DNA of 64,000 nucleotides from Arenicellales bacterium (GTDB lineage Bacteria; Pseudomonadota; Gammaproteobacteria; Arenicellales; JAJDZL01): assembly GCA_965206345.1 (NCBI GenBank), contig OZ242211.1:1791808-1855807 (forward strand), written 5' to 3'. Shown piece after piece: positions 57,635 through 64,000 of the stretch. Both the position numbers and the translations under genes were made by a program. The notes under the pieces are model-generated. The model saw nothing but the letters and a program-made list of their open reading frames with translations. It did not search any database and had not been told where the DNA came from. The stretch's first letter is position 1; each line of letters opens with the position of its first letter.

Positions 57635-58448
57635 GATGAATCAGTACTTTCGTTTCATTCTTTGAATCTCTTGCAACAGCACATTTCGTCAGTTCCATAT
57701 AGTTTTCGACGCTCAAATTCTCAGCACGTAAACCAGCATCAATCTTTGTTTCCTTAAACATGGCAACATCAATGACACCATTCAAAGAGTTTCTCAGCGT
57801 TTTGCGACGCTTTCCAAACGCTAGCCGTACAAGTTCGGAAAAGAGGCGTTCACTGTCTGAATCTAATGCTAATACGGGCTTTGGTCGCATCACTATAACG
57901 GACGAAAGCACTTCTGGCGGTGGTGAAAATGCGTCCGGTTCAACATGAAAAACAGTTTCAACTTCGAAAGCACGGGTGACACAGACCGTGAGTCTACCAT
58001 AGCTGCTTGTTCCACACTTAGCGGTAAGCCGTTCAGCAACCTCGTACTGCACCATGAAGCACATATCTTCAATAATATCAGTATATTTGACAAGGTGAAG
58101 CATCAATGGTGTAGATATTGAATAGGGCAGATTTCCCACAATTCGCAGTCCCTGATCCTCGCGTTTGACAGAAGAGTAATCAAATTTGAGTGCGTCAGCG
58201 TGATGAATTGTCAGAGCATCGGGGCTGAATAGTTTTTGCAGTTTCTGCGCCAGACCCGGGTCAATTTCAATGGCATGCAATTCAGCTGGAGATCTGACGA
58301 GATGACTTGTGAGTGCTCCGTGCCCCGGGCCGATTTCAACAAGTGTTTGATTGATCTGCGGGCTGATCAGCATGAGGATTTCGTCGATCACTTGCGTATC
58401 AACCAGAAAATGTTGACCCAAGCGTTTTCTTTTGCGGCTTGCGCTCAA
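57627..58448 (-). CDS. rsmA: 16S rRNA (adenine1518/1519-N6)-dimethyltransferase
   Basis: Motifs are KRLGQHFL, VEIGPGHGALT and VGNLPYSISTP. Confidence 0.9.
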   Translation of the reverse strand: MSASRKRKRLGQHFLVDTQVIDEILMLISPQINQTLVEIGPGHGALTSHLVRSPAELHAIEIDPGLAQKLQKLFSPDALTIHHADALKFDYSSVKREDQGLRIVGNLPYSISTPLMLHLVKYTDIIEDMCFMVQYEVAERLTAKCGTSSYGRLTVCVTRAFEVETVFHVEPDAFSPPPEVLSSVIVMRPKPVLALDSDSERLFSELVRLAFGKRRKTLRNSLNGVIDVAMFKETKIDAGLRAENLSVENYMELTKCAVARDSKNETKVLIHHD

Positions 58449-58450
58449 AT

Positions 58451-59422
58451 CTAATTTCTGGCTGATAGCTGACTAGCGAGTTCTAAGGCTGCTCGAAGAC
58501 TGCCTACGTCGGCAACACCACGGCCCGCAATGTCATAAGCGGTACCGTGGTCAACCGATGTACGAATGATCGGTAGTCCCAAAGTTACATTGACAATCTC
58601 ACCAAAAGCACTGTGTTTAATGACCGGTAGTCCCTGGTCGTGATACATTGCAAGAACAACATCAAATTTCGAAAGCTGGTGCGAGGTGAAAATGGTGTCA
58701 GCAGGGTATGGGCCCGAAGCGTTGATTCCCTCTTCGCGCAGGGAGTCTATCGCCGGGATGATATCGGTAATCTCTTCTTTACCAAGTTCTCCGCCTTCTC
58801 CTGCATGCGGGTTGAGACCACAAATTCCGATACGCGGTGAATCAAGTCCAAAGCGTTCCGCAAGGTCTTTGTGTAAAACTTGAACAATGGCAACAATTCT
58901 CTCACAACTGATGTATCTCGGAACCTCACTGAGCGGAACATGAGTGGTGACCAGGGCAACTTTGAGCGACTCATTCATCAGCAGCATGACCGGAAGCTTT
59001 GCACCTGATAATTTTGCAAGATACTCGGTGTGTCCCAAGAAGTCGAAGCCACCTTGCATCATCTTTTGTTTGTTGACGGGTCCAGTGACCAGCGCATCAA
59101 ATTCTCCCGAAAGACAGCCTTCAACCGCTCGATTGAGAGTGTTTATGAGATAGTCGGAATGGCGATGATCTCCTTCGCCAGGTGTCACCGGAAATTGGCA
59201 GTCAACATGAATGATCTCAACCCCTGGTATACACTCTTCAGGCAGATAATTGCTGAAACTGGCATCTCTACCCAACAGTTTCGCGCGTTCGGCTAGTACA
59301 CTGTGGTCAGCGATGACAACAATCCGATCGGCTGTAGGTGAATTGGCCAACATCACAACAAGGTCAGGCCCAATACCAGCCGGGTCTCCGGGGGTCAGTG
59401 CCAGTGTGCGGGTTATAGTCAT
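58451..59422 (-). CDS. pdxA: 4-hydroxythreonine-4-phosphate dehydrogenase
   Basis: 323 aa. Motifs are GDPAGIGPD, GHTEYL, NPHAGEGG and TSVDHGTA. Confidence 0.9.
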   Translation of the reverse strand: MTITRTLALTPGDPAGIGPDLVVMLANSPTADRIVVIADHSVLAERAKLLGRDASFSNYLPEECIPGVEIIHVDCQFPVTPGEGDHRHSDYLINTLNRAVEGCLSGEFDALVTGPVNKQKMMQGGFDFLGHTEYLAKLSGAKLPVMLLMNESLKVALVTTHVPLSEVPRYISCERIVAIVQVLHKDLAERFGLDSPRIGICGLNPHAGEGGELGKEEITDIIPAIDSLREEGINASGPYPADTIFTSHQLSKFDVVLAMYHDQGLPVIKHSAFGEIVNVTLGLPIIRTSVDHGTAYDIAGRGVADVGSLRAALELASQLSARN

Positions 59423-59476
59423 CCAACTCTGCAGGGCTGGGTAGAGTTGATTGAAGTAACCAACTTTTGTACTTTG

Positions 59477-59716
59477 CTACGATAAGGAATTGTGGGTGCC
59501 ATCGCAAAACGGCTGTTTGTTAGTATGTTTGCAGCCACAGAACCAGTACTTACCTGCTTTGCCAATTTCCACTTTGACTGGCTCGAATTCCGTTCCCGCA
59601 TGAGACCCATCACAAAATGGCTGTTTGCTCGACCGGCCGCATCGGCACCACCAAACTGTTCCAGGATTCAGTTGCTTCTCAAACGGCGCTTTTTGCGCCA
59701 CGACTGGTTCTGACAT
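59477..59716 (-). CDS. CDGSH-type iron-sulfur domain protein (two motifs)
   Basis: 79 aa from the ATG at 59716. It has CRCGRSSKQPFCDGSH and CGCKHTNKQPFCDGTH. The longer track ORF adds an unlikely 59-aa leader. Confidence 0.75.
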   Translation of the reverse strand: MSEPVVAQKAPFEKQLNPGTVWWCRCGRSSKQPFCDGSHAGTEFEPVKVEIGKAGKYWFCGCKHTNKQPFCDGTHNSLS

Positions 59717-59913
59717 TGTTGACTCCTCAATAGAAATATTTACAAAATTGTTTCGCACTATCAAGCGATCAGTGAAGATCAATGTGCATTGAGCTAAATT
59801 GTATCGGTTTAGGATGGTGTTAATAACGCACAGAATCAGTCCGCAGGCGATGCACGCTGATGATCTAAAATTGACAAAGTGATCCGATTCCACTTAATTC
59901 GACAATTTTAGCG

Positions 59914-60456
59914 ATGACAAAAATAGATACTTCTCGAGATTTCATTCCAGTTTCTATTGCGGTGTTGACCATCTCTGATTCTAGGACTGAGGATAATGAC
60001 AAATCAGGTGGGCTGCTTGTTGGTAGAGTGGAAAAATCGGGTCATCGCATCGCTGACAAAAAGATCGTGCCCGATGACATTCACCAGGTGCGTGCTCAGG
60101 TCTGTCAATGGATTGTTGATTCAGAAATTCAAGTGATTTTAACGACAGGGGGTACCGGAGTGACTGGCAGAGATGGAACACCGGAGGCCATTCGACCGCT
60201 ACTGGATAAGGAAATTTCCGGGTTTGGTGAAATGTTCCGAGTTTTGTCTTACGAAAAAATTGGAACCTCAACACTGCAGTCGAGAGCATTTGCTGGAGTT
60301 GCCAACGCGACCTATATTTTTTGTCTGCCTGGGTCCGCCAGTGCTTGTGCAGATGCCTGGGATATGTTGATCGAATTCCAGCTCGACTACCGAAGCCGCC
60401 CATGCAATCTAGTTGAATTGATGCCGCGACTATTAGAGCATCTGGTCAAGAAATAA
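59914..60456 (+). CDS. moaB: molybdenum cofactor biosynthesis protein B (MoaB/MogA family)
   Basis: 180 aa with ILTTGGTGVTGRD and a FCLPGS-type C-terminal region. Confidence 0.85.
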   Translation: MTKIDTSRDFIPVSIAVLTISDSRTEDNDKSGGLLVGRVEKSGHRIADKKIVPDDIHQVRAQVCQWIVDSEIQVILTTGGTGVTGRDGTPEAIRPLLDKEISGFGEMFRVLSYEKIGTSTLQSRAFAGVANATYIFCLPGSASACADAWDMLIEFQLDYRSRPCNLVELMPRLLEHLVKK

Positions 60457-60504
60457 CTGAAAATCTTCGCTTTCGGGGTATCGATATCCGTCGACAGTGT
60501 TGAA

Positions 60505-61533
60505 TTAGCCGCCGACGTAGGACATTTCCACCTTGGGCAGACTGACGGTAGCATTCGAACGTAGTTCCGAGTATCGATCAGATCGTACCGACCAAAGATT
60601 TCGAACTAACTCGGTGAGTTGATCAACGTCAGCCCCTTCCCTGATGTGTTTTCTGAGATCAAATCCGCTGGTTGCAAAAAGGCAGGTGTATACCTTACCT
60701 TCAGCTGTGAGTCTGGCACGGTTGCAGGTGCCGCAAAATGGCTCAGTTACAGACGATATAACGCCTATTTCACCGCCACCATCTTCATATTTCCAGCGTT
60801 TAGCGACTTCGCCACGATAGGTTGGCGAGGCTGCCTTGAGAGGATACTCGCGATGAATGGTGTCTAGAATTTCTCTGGCTGAAATAACTTTATCCATTTG
60901 CCAGTCATTGGTGTTTCCAACATCCATGAACTCGATGAATCGCAAGATGACATCGGTGTTTCGAAACTGTCGGACCATTGGTAGAATTTCGTTCTCATTC
61001 ATGCCCCGTGCAACAACCATGTTGACCTTGATGGGAGACATTCCTGCCGCTTGAGCGTTTTCAATTCCGCTTAATACGCGCGCTACTGGGAACTTAACAT
61101 CGTTGATTGCACTGAACACTTCGTTATCGATGGCATCCAGACTGATCGTTATTCTGCGAAGCCCAGCCTCATACAGTTTTTCGGCAGCACTCTGTGTAAG
61201 CAGCGATGCGTTGGTTGTCATGCTCAAGTCTTCAACACCTGGAATCATCGCAAGCCTAGCAATCAAGTCAGTGAGGTCACGACGCACCATCGGTTCACCG
61301 CCTGTAATTCGGACTTTTTTGACACCATTCGCAACAAATGCGCACACTGAGCGCTCAATTTCTTCGAAGCTTAGAAGCTCTTTACGGTGCAAAAAAGCGT
61401 GATTTGAGCCGAAAAACTCCTTCGGCATGCAGTAGACACAGCGGAAATTGCAGCGGTCTGTAATTGACACACGCAAATCCCGAATTGGTCGATTAAACCG
61501 GTCGGTAACAGGAGTGGAGAGGGAAGAACTCAC
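60505..61533 (-). CDS. moaA: GTP 3',8-cyclase (radical SAM)
   Basis: It has the CNFRCVYC cluster motif, a C-terminal CGTCNRARLTAEG and a terminal GG. Confidence 0.9.
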   Translation of the reverse strand: MSSSLSTPVTDRFNRPIRDLRVSITDRCNFRCVYCMPKEFFGSNHAFLHRKELLSFEEIERSVCAFVANGVKKVRITGGEPMVRRDLTDLIARLAMIPGVEDLSMTTNASLLTQSAAEKLYEAGLRRITISLDAIDNEVFSAINDVKFPVARVLSGIENAQAAGMSPIKVNMVVARGMNENEILPMVRQFRNTDVILRFIEFMDVGNTNDWQMDKVISAREILDTIHREYPLKAASPTYRGEVAKRWKYEDGGGEIGVISSVTEPFCGTCNRARLTAEGKVYTCLFATSGFDLRKHIREGADVDQLTELVRNLWSVRSDRYSELRSNATVSLPKVEMSYVGG

Positions 61534-61649
61534 AGGTGTAGTGCAAATTTGTTCAAACGGTTAATGCATATTTTAATGGAATAGACATACATACCAATAG
61601 GCGGGTGAATTAAATATCACCAATTGTTAATTCACTCGTGCAATGCGTT

Positions 61650-62261
61650 CTAATAATCAGCCAAGTTTAGAGTACGAAAGAAACTGCAAATTATCCGATA
61701 AGTCAGTCCCCAGATGATGCGGTTATCCTTATCGCCGATTCGAAACCCCGAAAACACCCCATCATAATCTGGAGGTCGATACTCGCTGGTATGGCTGTCG
61801 GGACGTAGCAGATAAGCCATTGGTATCCAGACCAAGTCGTGGACTTCTTCATTGGGGTCGAAATGTATTGGTCTTCGTGCTTCGAATACGTGGCAGGAAA
61901 TGATCAATCCGTGCGCGTGGCTTAGTCTAGGCGCAACCAGATCATCTATTCGGCTGATTCGATTTTTAACCTCCAGATGAACGCCAATTTCCTCGGCAGT
62001 TTCCCGAATTGCGGTATCTAAAATCGTTTCATCTTGAAATTCACGTCGTCCTCCTGGAAACGCCATCTGTCCAGACCAGGGATCACTGTCTCGGTGCGCG
62101 CGTTCAATCAGTAGCAACTCTGTTCCCTGAAAATCCTCACTGAGCAGCAGCGAGACCGCCGCTTCCCTACGGTTGGTAGTTTCGACTAATAAAGGTTTAC
62201 TTTCACGAAGAAGTTTCCTGATATCAGCGAGATGAATTGATTGGTTTAGCGGATTGATCAT
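61650..62261 (-). CDS. NUDIX hydrolase, CoA pyrophosphatase type
   Basis: It has the Nudix box GGRREFQDETILDTAIRETAEEIG and the upstream motif LLLIERAHRDSDPWSGQMAFPGG, typical of NudL-like enzymes. Confidence 0.75.
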   Translation of the reverse strand: MINPLNQSIHLADIRKLLRESKPLLVETTNRREAAVSLLLSEDFQGTELLLIERAHRDSDPWSGQMAFPGGRREFQDETILDTAIRETAEEIGVHLEVKNRISRIDDLVAPRLSHAHGLIISCHVFEARRPIHFDPNEEVHDLVWIPMAYLLRPDSHTSEYRPPDYDGVFSGFRIGDKDNRIIWGLTYRIICSFFRTLNLADY

Positions 62262-62491
62262 CAATGTAAATTCAGTACCACTCTAAATTTAAATTTCAAA
62301 CTGAAAAGTTTAATGTACTGATCAAAATTTGACATTAGATGTCAATTTATCGTGAAAACAATTCAGTTTCCCTATAATCCGAGTTTCATTGGAAGTTATC
62401 AATAGTAAATGTATTTTTTTATTGACTATTTATATGACCTGAATTGCAATTCTGCAGAAAGGGTCAATTTATCTATGGAGGTATATAAATT

Positions 62492-63538
62492 ATGCTATCC
62501 CGAAAAGTAATGGCAGTCATTGTAGCTGCCTGTTTTGCCTTTGCCGGACTCGCTTCAACACCAGTTTCGGCGGACAAAGTTCGCTGGAAGATGGCGAGTT
62601 GGTTTCCACAGAATCTCACACAGTTGGGAACGCTTGGTCATCACGTAACTGGAACGTTAGATCGAGTATCCGGTGGTGAATTCGAAATGAAATATTTCGA
62701 CCCTGGTGCACTTGTACCGCCAGCCGAATGTTTTGATTCGGTTGCTTCTGGTGCAGTTGATGCCTGCTGGTCGACTCCTGGTTACTGGTATGGAAAAAAT
62801 TCCGCTTTAGCTATGTTCGCAGCTGTTCCATTTGGTCCTCAAGCAGGCGAATATGGTGCCTGGATCTATTTTGGTGGCGGACAGGAAATGATGAATGAGA
62901 TTTATGCCGAACATGGACTCTATTCACTCATTTGTGGTGTTATCGCACCCGAAGCGTCTGGATGGTTTCGAAATGAAATCACATCTATTGATGACCTTAA
63001 GGGACTCAAGATGCGATTCTTCGGCCTTGGCGCAAAAGTCATGGAAAAAGTGGGAGTTTCAACCCAGTTGATTCCTGGTGGAGACATCTTTCCAGCACTT
63101 GAGCGCGGTTCGATTGATGCAACAGAGTATTCGATGCCAGCTATCGATTTGAATCTCGGCTTCTACCAGGTTGCAAATCATTACTATTTCCCTGGTTGGC
63201 ACCAGCAATCCACGTTGTTTGAAATTTTGATGAACAAGGAAAAGTGGGATGCTCTGTCTGACCAGCAGCAGTCTTGGCTTGAATTGTCCTGCGGCGATAA
63301 CTTTCGTTATGGCCTCCTTGAAGGTGAAGCCATTCAGGCCCCGGCACTGGCCGAGCTACAGGAAAAGGGTGTGAACATTCATCGCTGGCCACAAGAAATT
63401 CTGGATCAACTTGAAGCTGCGTGGCTCGAAGTGGTCGCAGAGGAAAGTGCAGCCAATCCTGACTTCAAGAGAGTTTGGGATAATCTGCAGGCATTTAGAC
63501 AGCAGTACTCCATCTGGGCTGAACTCGGTTACCTGTAA
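62492..63538 (+). CDS. dctP: TRAP transporter substrate-binding protein (DctP family)
   Basis: 348 aa with a signal peptide, an RBS GGAGG, and DctP-type sequence (KMRFFGLGAKV, GSIDATEYSMP). Confidence 0.85.
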   Translation: MLSRKVMAVIVAACFAFAGLASTPVSADKVRWKMASWFPQNLTQLGTLGHHVTGTLDRVSGGEFEMKYFDPGALVPPAECFDSVASGAVDACWSTPGYWYGKNSALAMFAAVPFGPQAGEYGAWIYFGGGQEMMNEIYAEHGLYSLICGVIAPEASGWFRNEITSIDDLKGLKMRFFGLGAKVMEKVGVSTQLIPGGDIFPALERGSIDATEYSMPAIDLNLGFYQVANHYYFPGWHQQSTLFEILMNKEKWDALSDQQQSWLELSCGDNFRYGLLEGEAIQAPALAELQEKGVNIHRWPQEILDQLEAAWLEVVAEESAANPDFKRVWDNLQAFRQQYSIWAELGYL

Positions 63539-63577
63539 AACCAGGATTCTCACCTGATTGGTGATTTTTTCTAAAAA

Positions 63578-63612
63578 CCAGGGATGCCTGAGTGCATCCC
63601 TGGTTTGAATTT
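63578..63612 (+). terminator. intercistronic stem-loop (attenuating terminator) between dctP and dctQ
   Basis: CCAGGGATGC-ctgagt-GCATCCCTGG forms a 10-bp perfect stem, followed by TTTGAATTTT. Confidence 0.5.
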
Positions 63613-63639
63613 TATCCGCTGGCCAAAACCTGAATCGGC

Positions 63640-64000
63640 ATGAAGATCTTACTGCGACTTGATGAGATTACCGAATCTTGGATTGTTTGGATCGGTCGAG
63701 TGACCGCATGGGTCGCGATCGCGCTTATGATTGTGATCGTTTTTGATGTCATTACGCGTCGCTTTCTAGTGCTGGGTTCAACCAAACTCCAGGAACTTGA
63801 GTGGCACATTCATGCAGTCCTATTTCTGTTTTGTCTGGGGTATGCCTATCTTAAAGATGCTCATGTAAGAATTGATTTGGTTCGGGAACGACTCAGCAGA
63901 AGAACGCAACTTTGGATTGAACTGATCGGTTGTCTGTTTTTTCTCATTCCCTATTGCATCATCGTGATCTACTACGGAGTAGATTGGTGGCATCGTTCAT
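63640..64000 (+). CDS. dctQ: TRAP transporter small permease (DctQ family), 3' end outside window
   Basis: My own translation from the ATG at 63640 is MKILLRLDEITESWIVWIGRVTAWVAIALMIVIVFDVITRRF...ELEWHIHAVLFLFCLGYAYLKDAHVRIDLV... It is open to the window edge and is not listed in the ORF track. Confidence 0.75.
   Translation, partial: MKILLRLDEITESWIVWIGRVTAWVAIALMIVIVFDVITRRFLVLGSTKLQELEWHIHAVLFLFCLGYAYLKDAHVRIDLVRERLSRRTQLWIELIGCLFFLIPYCIIVIYYGVDWWHRS

Noticed and set aside
61534-61649. Moco riboswitch upstream of moaA
   Set aside because: The 116-nt AT-rich spacer is shorter than the motif, and I could not find the conserved paired elements.
1-64000. CRISPR arrays, rRNA genes, long tandem repeats
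   Set aside because: A visual scan of the non-coding stretches found no regularly spaced 25-40-nt repeats and no rRNA-like sequence. The only repeat families seen are those reported above.

Overview
This 64-kb window looks like a chromosomal segment from a marine-type gammaproteobacterium. That call is an inference from gene content and synteny. Spot GC counts of 60-nt lines give about 45% in core genes.

The window has three parts.

(1) 1-10.55 kb is a C1/oxalate block. It holds the sucD 3' end, a non-Pyl MttB-family methyltransferase, a fused NuoE/NuoF-like subunit plus the molybdopterin subunit of an NAD-formate dehydrogenase, and an oxc-frc operon. The third gene of that operon is a stand-alone ALDH1L1-N-terminal-like formyl-THF domain.

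(2) About 10.6-28.4 kb is an AT-rich mosaic accessory island full of recombination debris.
- Two serine-resolvase pseudogenes lie 12 kb apart.
- A 199-aa FimB/E-size tyrosine recombinase has four related 24-nt near-palindromic sites and a decapitated second copy of its own gene.
- There is an aberrant tRNA-Thr(CGU)-like gene, two tRNA 3' fragments (Lys, Arg-like), a decayed PAPI-1/pKLC102-type ParA, a RepA_C fragment and a high-GC IS5-family element.
- The cargo is almost entirely uncharacterised membrane or secreted proteins: an S8 subtilase lipoprotein, a YiiX-like permuted papain-fold protein, a SieB-like protein, an orphan alpha/beta-hydrolase and others.
- An IS256-family element with a 9-bp target duplication sits just beyond the island, exactly on a stop codon.

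(3) 28.4-64 kb is conserved housekeeping DNA. It contains a TIGR02449 gene, ygfB-pepP-ubiH-ubiI, apt, a class-III aminotransferase, a spondin-like lipoprotein, an mtoX(SBP56)-SCO1-MauG-like methanethiol-oxidase cluster, ahcY-metK, an ankyrin protein and glnA-ntrBC with a recognisable sigma54/NtrC control region. It continues with TusA plus a PP-loop ATPase, a fused glyQ-glyS gene, MazG, plsC, rsmA-pdxA, a CDGSH protein, moaB, moaA, a NUDIX gene and TRAP dctPQ.

The most unusual structure is the compact recombinase with its multi-site array at 15.05-21.0 kb. No CRISPR array and no rRNA gene were seen. Several starts were moved relative to the ORF track where an internal ATG with an RBS or a signal peptide fits better.
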